From the IMG/VR virus record IMGVR_UViG_3300037195_001681, positions 52,190-72,189 of that record: a DNA stretch of 20,000 nucleotides; one strand, given 5' to 3'. Under the pieces are notes generated by a model. That model had not been told where the DNA came from. It was given only the letters and a program-made list of their open reading frames with translations, and ran no database searches. Of the stretch, positions 8,101 through 17,441 are shown piece by piece (position 1 is the first letter of the stretch; each line of letters begins with the position of its first letter). The position numbers and the translations under genes were made by a program. This DNA is from an uncultured virus (IMG/VR IMGVR_UViG_3300037195_001681) (lineage: Duplodnaviria > Heunggongvirae > Uroviricota > Caudoviricetes > Schitoviridae).

Positions 8101-11100
8101 CGAGACCAGTCAGCTGAGAAACCTCAGTCTGGCACTGAGCAATCGCGTCCAGTATCTGAAGAAGCTCCGAAGGAGGTTCCAGAAACTCCAGATATTCAGG
8201 AGAATGAAGATCAGCAGGATCGACCAGACCAGCTGCAAGATCAGCAGGAAGCTGAGCAGGAAGATCGTCCAACGGGAGAGAAGGTTCGTGGGATCGAAGC
8301 GGCATTTCCCAATCTCCTTGGTTCGGGTAATTCCGGGGATACAGCCCAGGAAAATCTGTTCAAGTCGTCGTTCGATATTCCGGCCAAGGAGCCGATCTCG
8401 CGACTGACTGGAACGGAAGATACGCTCTCTCTGGTTCGCGGAGCTCTGCGATCACCAACTGCTTTCCGCAAAATGGTTGGTGATGGTCGGCAGGAAAGTG
8501 TTGCCGGTCGTATCACGACCGCAATGGCCAAGGCTTACGATCGTCTCCTGGCCTCCACGTCTGACGTCGTGGCGACAATGGATGATCGTCTGAGCAGTAT
8601 TTTCAAAGAAAGAATTCAGAAAAAGAAGAAATTCGATCTAGGCTTCGAAGAGCTTCGAGCGATGAACATCGCTGAACAGAACGGTGAGTTAGTCAGCTAT
8701 AACGCTTCGCTGCGTGACAGTGCGATCCTGGCAGGTCTTCAGTGGTTGCTGACGAGTGACCAGCGCCGGCGTCCGATGGATGCTGAAGACGTGGCCAAGA
8801 TCCTGGCTGTCCCTGTGCATGAAGTCACAACCGAACAGGTCGAACGCTTCAATCAGGGCGCATACCTGGCTGCTTCGGTGAATGAGCTGGGTGAGGTGAT
8901 CACTCGTTTCTGGGGTGTCACCCCGAATTCTTCAGCTCCATACGGAGTAACTCGTGGTATTCCCGAAGGTGTCGGCAAGGAAGTCCTGGCTGCAATGAAC
9001 GAAGCCGGTCTCGTGAAAATCAACGAGATCAAGGAAAACGGCAAGACCTACTACCAGGTCGAATCCCTGGCAGAACAGAAGCTGGGTTCCGAGCTCTATT
9101 CGGAGCTGATGGCATGGCCATCGGCAATCGAAGTCGCGTCGATCGTCGAGCCGGAAGAAACGACTTTCCTGGGCTCACCGCCTCCGACTGTGCCGAAAAC
9201 CCAGCTGCGAAATCCGCTGGTCTCGTTGACGAGACAGCAGCGTGAAATGGCAGAGAACGAGCAGGCAACGCCTTATCGTCTGAATCTTCCGATGATCTCT
9301 CTTCTGGAGGATCTCGGAGAAGAAGCGAGTGTGGCTCTGTTCGGTCATGGAAATCTTACCGAAGATGCCATGAATGTGAACCACCGCAGGTCGCTGGAAA
9401 GCATCAATCTCACCGTGCGATCGGCTTATAAGTCGATCATGGCCCGGCTCTCGGAAGCATCTTCGTGGGGTCAGGCAAACGGCGTCGAGGATGCAGGACA
9501 GGTTCCGATCCATTACGCCTACGAGTTCACGAGTGTGAACCGTCTCCAGATGGTTGGTGCTCATAATCCGCAAGCCAACAAGCTGACACGCGAAGCGATC
9601 CTTCCAACGTGGTCGGAATTGGATCTGACCAATCCGGAACAGCGCAGCAGCTTTTTGCTGGGTATTGCTCAGGCATGGGGTGTAAAAGTCCATAAAATGC
9701 CTCGCAAGGAAGCCATCAAGGAAGTAAGAAAGATGGCTTCCGAGAGTGGACAAATGGCCCCAGCTCTCGAATTGCTGTCTGGTCGGAATGCCGGCCAGGT
9801 CTTCAGCGATGAGGACATCCAGGTTCTGCGCGATTCGCTCGGCAAGGGTGGGCCAGTGCCGGCTGTGGCGCTTCACGCTGCAATGGAATTTGTTCGCTAT
9901 CAGAACGGATCCAAGGAAGACCGATCGAATTTCCGTACCAGTCTCTATGTCGAGGCGGATGGTATTACCGATGGTCCGATTAATGCCATGGTCCATGCGG
10001 CCCGTGGCACGTTCAATGACAACTGGTTGAATGTCGTCCGTAAAGGCGGCCTGTTCCTGGGAAGCCCCGGGATGACTGCCAATGCTTCGACCGACAAGGT
10101 CGATTTGTACGAGCACACGACAGGTTTCCTTCGTCAGGCAATGTCCCGGATGCGTTCGGAATTTGCTTCGAACCCAGAAACCGGTGCAGTCGCCCGTCAG
10201 ATGGACGTGCTTTTGCGGATGATGGCTCAGCTTCTTCCGGACATCACGATCAACGACAAGGGTGAACTCGTTGTCGAACGTGGTCTGGTGAAGAACCCTC
10301 TGACCGTCACGATCTACGGCGCCGGTCCATCGGGGATTGCCTCGAAAATCACGGAAGCTTTGCTGGGAGCTGTTTATGAACGTGAGAGCCAGAAGGTCGC
10401 GTTCCTGAAGGATCGGCCGAAGGCTTCGAAGCAGGAAATCGCTGAGCATCTGTTCGGTCAGCTGGCGACGACTCCTGAGCGTGCTCTTGAGCTCTACGAC
10501 GAATATAATTCGGAAATGAGCAAACTTGTTGATCAAAGGGTAGAAATTACCCAGGAAGGTCTGCGTCTGAATGAAGACGCCCGTCCTCGCGATAACACCG
10601 GCAAGCTCATCGAAAATCGCAGTATGCGTGATGGACCCCAGGGTTTCACCCTGTTGCCTGGACAGGTGAGCAATATTCAGTCGAATGTTCTGCGGTTGCT
10701 GGTTCGCCCGATGCGAGAAGCGATCGAGGCTTCCATCGGTGAAACCACGCAAGGTGTAGATGCTCTTCGTCGATCGACGCAGGTGCAGAGCATTTATCTG
10801 GAGCACGCTTTCCGACGTGCAGTCCAACAGAAGCTGGACGAAAAGAAGAAAGCGGATCCGAGTTTTCGAAAATCGGACTTCCTGACGAACAAGGAATTGA
10901 CTGAGATTTACGATAGTCTCAATCACCTTGCTCCATATATTCGTACCGGAAATCAGAACATGCTGGTTTCGGGAAGCAAGAAAGCACCGATCGGAGAGAA
11001 TGACTCTTCGGTCAGCTTCAGCCGTACACTGGACGGTCGTCTGGCAACGCCGGCCTCGATCTTCGGTCCTTCGAACTCGGGTGTCTCAGGGATCCCTTAT

Positions 11101-14100
11101 GTGATCATCGGGACCGGTGATGGACTGATGATGCAAATTGCATCAACCATGGCTGGTGCTCCGGAAGGCACACTGAAGATTTTCGACGGTATGAACATGC
11201 CTCTCGACAAGATCGAAGAGCAGAGCCGTTCGGTCAATGAAGCCGTCTATCGTGGATGGATGGAAAATCCGCTTGAAGCCGTGGCCACGAGCTACAGCGA
11301 CTTCGTGAAGGATGCTGACGTCGAAACGATCAGCTNNNNNNNNNNAGAGGATCGCTCTGAGCGAAGCCCTGCTTGGTCCAGGCAAGACGGAAGCCACGAA
11401 CGAAGAGATCATCGAGATGATCCGTTCGCTGGATACCGAAATGTCTCAAATCGCTCGTGAGAGCCAGGCTCGAAAGAACGCCCTCGCCCGGGTCCAGATG
11501 ACTGTGGATCACATGGCTTCGGCTGAAGCATCGTATGATGCCGAAGGAAATCTGCTGTCGCTCGAAGGTCTGACGGATCAGGAGATTCTGTCTGTTCTCA
11601 ATGAGCTCTATGCTGAAGAGCTCAATAAATTGAGTAAAGCAGAAGATACCAAAAAGAAAACCGAAGAAAATACCCAGAAGGGTAGGATCTTCGGTGAAAT
11701 TGAAGCCGTGCCCGCTTCAGATCTCCCAAGGTTCATCGCTCAACTCAATGTGAACCAGGATCAGAAAAAGCTGATGCTCGAAGCTGCCCGGGCTCTGAAG
11801 GACACGGATTGGGTGCTTACCTCTCCTGGTTCCACGGAGACGGTGAATGGCGTCAAAGCCGAAGGTTACACTGACTTCGGTGATCGCCGTATTGTCATCG
11901 GAAACGGTTCTGCCGAGACGACTTTGCATGAGCTCATCCATGCTGCTACTCTGGACAAAGTAGCTGCGTTCTACAGCACTGATCCTGAGCAGCGTGAGAC
12001 GCTCTCGAAAGAAGAGCTTGAAGCGATCGGTCGTATCGAGGCTCTCATGGATGAGTGGTTGGATAATGTGCCATCCGATCTACCAAACCTCAACGAAGCA
12101 GGCCGTACAGCCATGCTTGCGGCTCAGTCGACGATCCTCGGACATCTGGGCAATGGTCAGAATGGCGCCCAGGCCAATCGGGCAAATGCTCTGAACGAAT
12201 TCATGGCATGGGTCCTGTCGAACCAGGATCTTGCTCGTGCTGCCGGCCGTCGCAAGGTGAAGAATCCGATTGCCAGGATCGTAGGCGAAGCTCTCGACTA
12301 TCTGAAGAAACTCTTCGGTCTTCGTGGACCAAGTTCGGATATCTATTCGAACCTACGTTTCAATACGGGTGTTCTCATGCGTAGCCCTCGATCGGTGGGT
12401 GCTTCGCTGGCAGATACGATCCTGTTCCAGTCGAGTGATTTCGGATCGAGCAATCGTCTGACCGAGCTTCGCGAAGCGTTCTTCAACAAGGTCGCTCGTC
12501 ACATGAACGGTCAGCCTAATGCAGCTGCCCGGGCAACGCAGCAGTACAAGGCTTTCGTAGCCAAGGTGCAGGCTGACGCCGTATTCGAATCCTTTGATGC
12601 CCACGGGTTCCCGATGGACGCCCAGCAGGCTTCGACTTTCCAGATGATGGTGGCTGCTCTGGCAACGGAGATCGAGCTCAATCCGAACTCGCTCCAGCGA
12701 GTTCAGGATCTGTTCGAACACGTCACGAAGAACCTTCGTCCTTCGAATTTTCGGGAAAACCCGGATGATCCAAACGACAATGCCGATGAATACCAGGCTC
12801 AGGAAAAATATCGGAGCATTACCGGCACATATCTGATGGAGATCGACGAGCAGGGTCGTTCCACGCTGTTGCCGGCTTTCCTTGCTCTTGCTGCGGTCCA
12901 TGACGGTTTCCGTAAGGTACTGGCTGGTATGCCGATGCCTAAGGGTGATCGTCTTCCGAATGACACCCTGGATAATCGTCTGACGAACCTGGGTTCGGAA
13001 TTGATGGATCGCCTGGCCTTCACTGTCAGTGGTGAGGAAGGTTCGCTCGATACGGCCAAGCATCTCGGAAAGAGTGCTGCTCCTTCGATCGGTGCAGCAA
13101 TCGACGCTCTGACTGATCGCCTGGCAGAAATCGACGACGATCAGAAATCGCGTATCGAACAGTTCGTGGAACCTGCTGGTACTGCTCTGGACAAGAGCAA
13201 CGCCTGGGTGATTTCCCAGATGAAGGATCTTTCCAGGAAATCGAGCGACAAGCTGGAAGAGCTGAAGGCTCGTACCCGAGATGATATCCGTGCTGGTAAG
13301 TCGGTGAAAGCTCTGGCCAATTTCGGCCAGCTGGTCGCAGGCATCTTCGATGAAGATGTGGCCCAGGATCAGGCACGTTCCATCATGTCGCTGGCCAACA
13401 AGAGTCTCTCTTCGAAGACAGCCCATGAATTCCTGAACGAGCTGGTTGGTCGGACGACCGAGAACGCTCCGGTCTATGACATGATCAAGGCTGTGCGTTC
13501 AGCCGTGCATTCGACCAGGCAGCAGTTCCGTGAGCATCTTCCTGAGCTCTTGGAAAAACGTTTCGATCGAGATGTCACCAGTGACGAATGGAGCACGATG
13601 TTCCGTTCTATGGGTAAGACGGACCTGGCTTCACTTCGCTCGGGATATTCGGTCAAAGAGATCACTGAATTTCTTGGTGATTTCTCGAAGATCTCGAATG
13701 AACGTTCGAAGATCGAGAAGAAAATCAGTGGTAACACCAATGGTTCTCTGATCATCCAGAAGGCCCAGGAGCTCGCTGACTTCATGCGGACCGGCAAGGC
13801 TCCGTTGAATCTGCTCCGCAATGCGAACGCGATCGAGCGATTGCTCAATGAAGGTGTTCGTGTGTCTCCTGAAGTCGACACGGGCTTGGTCCGTGACATC
13901 GACCAGTTGGTGACGCTGATGGCGCTGGACGGTCTTTCGGACCTCGACAAAAACCAAATGTCCTCTCTGGTTCAGGAACAGCAGAAGGGTGTGGAATTCA
14001 TTCTGTCGTATCTCGAAGGTCAGCGACAGGATGAAATTTCCAAGGTGGACTCGTCCTCCAATGCAAGTCTGAACCACTTCAAGGGATATATTCCCCAGAT

Positions 14101-15901
14101 CCAGGAAGGAAAGCATGAAGGACGTACTCTGGTCGTTGCAGATGATCAGGAATATGTCGAAATGCGTCGCCGTGGAATGACGCGGGTTGCTGATTATGTC
14201 GGCAGCCGGGCAGAAAATTCGAGCACCAGTCAGAAGAAGATGGGGTATTATTTCTCCACTCTGTCTGGACGTTCTGCATATAATCAGGGCGTGATGCAGA
14301 CCGCACGTCTGACGGCTTCGGGTGTTGATCCTGTGACGGGTTATTCGACCTCTGTGATGACGGCAGGTCGTATTACGGACCCTGATACCGTCCAGAAGAT
14401 CCAGAAGCGTCTCTCGCGGCTCTCAGGGCGCCCAGGAACGGGCTCAGGAGCATCTCAGAGCTCTCAGGGTACTGGTGAGCACCTGATGCCTGTTTTCGAC
14501 GCCAGCGGGGCTCTGGTGGCTTATGAGCGCAGTCTCGATTCTCTTCAGGAGGAACGACTGGGCCGTAGCTCGAATCTCGCAGAGATGATCGGTGCCTGGC
14601 GTGGTCGCCAGGTAGAAGAGGTCCTAGGGCAGAAATTCAACGAAGTGCTCGCTGAGAAGCTCTTTGATGTCTGGGATCAGGCAGAGACCACCAGGCGCGA
14701 TGAGTTCGTGAACCTGATGGATCCTCGCGAACAAAAGCGTGATCCAGTGATGGCTGATGCCGTGAACCTCATTCCTCGTGAAGCGAAGGCGAAGATCGAA
14801 GAGCTTTTCGGTGAGAAGCAGCTCTGGGTTCGTCGTGACATGATCAATGATGCGATCGGATACCGAAAGGCTTCGATTGGTGACAACTGGACGGGTGTTA
14901 CCCGTCATTCCGAACAGACCCAGAAACAAGTGCAGGATCTTGCTACGAGTGTTTTTGGTGCTGATGCCTACAAGAAGATGGTCCAAGCCGAGACGGTCGT
15001 TCAGAATGTCGTGACAGACGCTCGGGTGCTGATCGTGGTGAAATCGGTTATTGTGCCTTTTGCCAACCTCATGGCAAATATTTACCAGCTGACTGGTCGT
15101 GGTGTGCCTCTGGCCAACACGATCAAGGGTATGCCGAAGAAGCTTTCGGAGACGAATGGTTATGTTCGCGATCGTCTCCGGGTGATGGAGATCGACGCTG
15201 AGCTTCGTGCTGCTGAAGGTGCGAACAACACCGTTCGTGTGAGAAAGCTTACCGCTGAGAAGCAGAGCATTGAAGACGGTTTCCGTCGTCTGAGCATCTG
15301 GCCTCTGATCGAGGCAGGTGAACTGACGTCCGTCAGCGATGTAGGCATTGGCAAGGAAGAGATCGAACTCTCTGAAGGTCGACTGACCAATTATATGGAA
15401 AATGCGGTCAGCAAGCTGCCTCCGGGTATCCGGACTGCCGGCCGATATTTTATCGTTGGTCGTGACACAGCTCTCTTCAAGGGTCTCCAGAAGAGCATCG
15501 AATATGGTGACTTCCTGGCTAAAGCGATCTTGTATGAAGATCTGACCAAACGTCAGGGTCTCTCGAAGGAAGAAGCTCTCTCGAAGGTCACGGAAGAATA
15601 TGTGAACTACGATCGTCTCGCAGGTCGCAGCCGTGATTATCTGGAGAATATGGGCCTGATGTGGTTCTGGAATTTCAAAATTCGTTCCACAAAGGTAGCT
15701 CTCTCGATGATCCGGAACAATCCGGTTCATGCGATGCTGTCTCTTGCAGCACCTACTCCACCGATGGTGGGTACGGTGGGCAGCCCATTGACGGACAACC
15801 TGGTTTCGATCGGGATGGATGGTCGACTGGATTATTCGGTGGGACCCGGACAGGGTCTCAGGTCCCACCAGTTGCTGCCTTGGGTTCAGCTCGTCGACTG
15901 A
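5149..15901 (+). CDS. Virion-encapsidated DNA-dependent RNA polymerase (N4 gp50/vRNAP-like), about 3,580 aa; one gene interrupted by an assembly gap
   Basis: T7-superfamily motifs in N4 form: TSVNR (9529-9543), motif A EADGITDGP (9952-9978), motif B RGLVKNPLTVTIYG (10279-10320) and motif C IFDG (11179-11190). I found no Cys in either half, as for N4 vRNAP. The only frame change falls at the N run 11336-11345. An HELIH motif lies at 11927-11941. Confidence 0.95.
11336..11345. other. Scaffold gap (10 N) causing an apparent frameshift in vRNAP
   Basis: Frame 1 is coding up to ...AGC T and frame 2 resumes as ..AG AGG ATC. Any true gap length that is a non-zero multiple of 3 restores one reading frame. 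Confidence 0.9.
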
Positions 15902-16116
15902 TCGTCCTTGTTTTCGTCACTTTCTTGCGGCTCACTCCAGTCATAGTCTGTATATTTGCGGATCCAATTGAGTAGGATCCATCCAATACAGAGCATGACA
16001 ATCAGGAAAGCTGCGTATGGTGCGATCAAATGGAAAACGGCGGTGAGTGTCCCCACCGCCGTTATTCCGAGGATCAGAAGGACGAGGATCACGAGCAGGA
16101 TCTGAGTGATCCGCAT
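15886..16116 (-). CDS. Small membrane protein (76 aa, two predicted TM helices, acidic C-terminal tail)
   Basis: Strong SD (AAGGAGAGG) just upstream of the ATG at 16116, directly after the stop of the preceding - strand gene. Hydrophobic segments ILLVILVLLILGITAVG and YAAFLIVMLCIGWILL. Its 3' end overlaps the vRNAP 3' end by 16 bp. Confidence 0.8.
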   Translation of the reverse strand: MRITQILLVILVLLILGITAVGTLTAVFHLIAPYAAFLIVMLCIGWILLNWIRKYTDYDWSEPQESDENKDDQSTS

Positions 16117-16128
16117 CGTGACCTCTCC

Positions 16129-16911
16129 TTAGTTGTTCGTGCGAACGTGCCCGAACAGACTGCGCGTTGGTGCTGGTGCCGGGGTTTCGCTTTCGGCTTC
16201 TGGTTTGGGTTCCAGTTCCAGTTCTAGTTCTAGTTCCGGTTCCGGTTCCGGTTCCGGTTCCGGGTCTAGGGTTTCCGGATCGGATTTGGTCGTAGGCACC
16301 GGCTCTTCCGTCGGCTCTTCCGTCGGTTGCTCGGGTTCCGCTTCCGCTTCTTCCGGTTCGGAAGGCGTCTGGACGTCTTCCTGGACGGTCACAGGAGCCT
16401 CGCCGGCATCGGCTTCGACTTCACCGATCGAGCGTTCGTCGGGTTCCGAGGTCGGTTCGACATTCAGACCTTCATTGGTACCGCCGTCACTGTCGGCGAC
16501 TTCGGTCTTGGTGTCGGTCTCGATTTCCGATTCGACTTCGGTTTCCGTTTCGGCCGATTCTGCTTCCGGTTCGTCGGGCAGACGACGATGCGTCTTCGGC
16601 TTGTTCTTGGCGCCCGCCGGACGACCACGACGACGCGGAAGCTTCGATTCGGCGATCGCTTCTTCGGTCTTGTCGGCGATGCTCATACCTTCGGCACCGT
16701 TGGCCACGCCGATCCGGGGATCGACGGAACGATCGGTTCCATCGGTGGGAGCATCGAACGGGAGCAGGTCGATCTCGGCAGTGTAGCCTTCGTCGCCACG
16801 GGTGGCCTTGAGGTCGATGTCGATCCGGATGTCGTCGGGAACGTCGACCTGATCGAGAATGAGCTTCTCGATGGCTTCTTCGATTTCTTCCTGGTTCAGG
16901 GTGATCCGCAT
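16129..16911 (-). CDS. Acidic low-complexity protein (N4 gp47-like position): small N-terminal domain, AT-hook, Glu/Pro/Thr-rich linker, C-terminal SLFG motif
   Basis: 260 aa with SD GAAGGA. The first ~50 aa look folded (MRITLNQEEIEEAIEKLI...GYTAEIDL). PRRRGRPAGAKNKPK is encoded at 16594-16638, followed by EP/EL repeats; the protein ends PTRSLFGHVRTNN. Confidence 0.85.
   Translation of the reverse strand: MRITLNQEEIEEAIEKLILDQVDVPDDIRIDIDLKATRGDEGYTAEIDLLPFDAPTDGTDRSVDPRIGVANGAEGMSIADKTEEAIAESKLPRRRGRPAGAKNKPKTHRRLPDEPEAESAETETEVESEIETDTKTEVADSDGGTNEGLNVEPTSEPDERSIGEVEADAGEAPVTVQEDVQTPSEPEEAEAEPEQPTEEPTEEPVPTTKSDPETLDPEPEPEPEPELELELELEPKPEAESETPAPAPTRSLFGHVRTNN
16209..16262. repeat. Hexanucleotide tandem repeat, 9 units: (GTTCCA)2 (GTTCTA)2 (GTTCCG)5, encoding EP/EL dipeptide runs on the - strand
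   Basis: Counted directly from the sequence. Confidence 0.92.
16300..16326. repeat. 12-bp tandem duplication (CGGCTCTTCCGT x2 plus CGG), encoding PTEEPTEEP on the - strand
   Basis: Exact units at 16300-16311 and 16312-16323. Confidence 0.85.
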
Positions 16912-16941
16912 TGCAATATTCCTTCTCTAGTGGTTCTCAGT

Positions 16942-17322
16942 TCAAATTCGTTCGATCACAACGTCGACTCGGGGATCGAATCTGTCGATACCCCCCCATC
17001 CGTAGGCCACCATTGGCAGGTGATCCTTGTTGTCGTCAGGTAATTTCCCGGCTTCCACGAGACAGTCGCTGAAAAACTTGTCGACTACCGAACAGACGTT
17101 GGAAACGTCTCTCCGCTGATTGTTGGGGGCATAGAGCAGAAAGCTCATCCGGATCTTCTCCGAAAAGGGAACCAGAGAAAGCTTTGGCTCGACGGTGTGT
17201 TTGAACTCCTTCTTGGCCTTGTCCAACGTGTGGTGGTGGGCGTTCCGGTACTGATTCAGATTGAGCCAGAACCTTCTCTTTTTACTAACCATCACGAAGA
17301 TAGGTACACTGACGACCCACAT
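16942..17322 (-). CDS. rusA: RusA-like Holliday junction resolvase/endodeoxyribonuclease (N4 gp46-like)
   Basis: 126 aa with the RusA-type acidic pattern RRDVSN...DKFFSDCLVEAGKLPDDN and N-terminal LNLNQYRN. Lies directly downstream of SSB. The start could alternatively be the ATG at 17292. Confidence 0.75.
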   Translation of the reverse strand: MWVVSVPIFVMVSKKRRFWLNLNQYRNAHHHTLDKAKKEFKHTVEPKLSLVPFSEKIRMSFLLYAPNNQRRDVSNVCSVVDKFFSDCLVEAGKLPDDNKDHLPMVAYGWGGIDRFDPRVDVVIERI

Positions 17323-17357
17323 AAAAAGAGAGACCCTACGTTGAACGAGGGTCTCTC
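17323..17357 (-). terminator. Rho-independent terminator downstream of ssb
   Basis: The minus strand reads GAGAGACCCT-CGTTCAACGT-AGGGTCTCTC-TTTTT: a perfect 10-bp stem (17328-17337 / 17348-17357) followed by a U5 tract. Confidence 0.85.
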
Positions 17358-17371
17358 CTATAGAGTTGAAT

Positions 17372-17419
17372 TGAATTCGGCAAGACCCGAAATATTAGTT
17401 CCGGATCTTGCCTCATTCA
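17372..17419 (-). other. Long RNA stem-loop in the ssb 3' UTR (19 bp with two G-U pairs and a 2x2 GA/GA internal loop)
   Basis: The minus strand reads UGAAU-GA-GGCAAGAUCCGGAA-CUAAUA-UUUCGGGUCUUGCC-GA-AUUCA. The two apparent mismatches on the + strand are G-U wobbles on the - (sense) strand. Confidence 0.75.
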
Positions 17420-17441
17420 GTGGCTGTCGATCAAATGTCGA

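Noticed and set aside
9175..10926. 583-aa antisense ORF, and similar ones at 12353-13426, 14624-15868, 751-1464, 6715-7338 and 7417-8031
   Set aside because: These are shadow ORFs opposite well-supported genes, explained by scarce TTA/CTA/TCA codons on the sense strand. They have no recognisable motifs.
14425..14480. Gly/Ser-rich insert in the vRNAP C-terminal domain with recurring CTCAG
   Set aside because: It is a short low-complexity loop with irregular spacing and no evidence of an intein or mobile insert.
5149..15901. vRNAP as two genes (2103 aa plus 1529 aa), a pseudogene or a programmed frameshift
   Set aside because: The frame change coincides exactly with the 10-N gap, and the combined length fits a single N4-type vRNAP.
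16106..16911. Two adjacent genes both begin ATGCGGATCAC (MRIT)
   Set aside because: The match is only 11 nt including the ATG, with no further similarity, so it is probably chance.
16133..17043. + strand Ser/Gly-rich and Phe/Arg-rich ORFs (16133-16786, 16327-17043)
   Set aside because: They are antisense readings of the Glu/Pro-rich gene and its microsatellite. The - strand gene has an SD and fits the operon.
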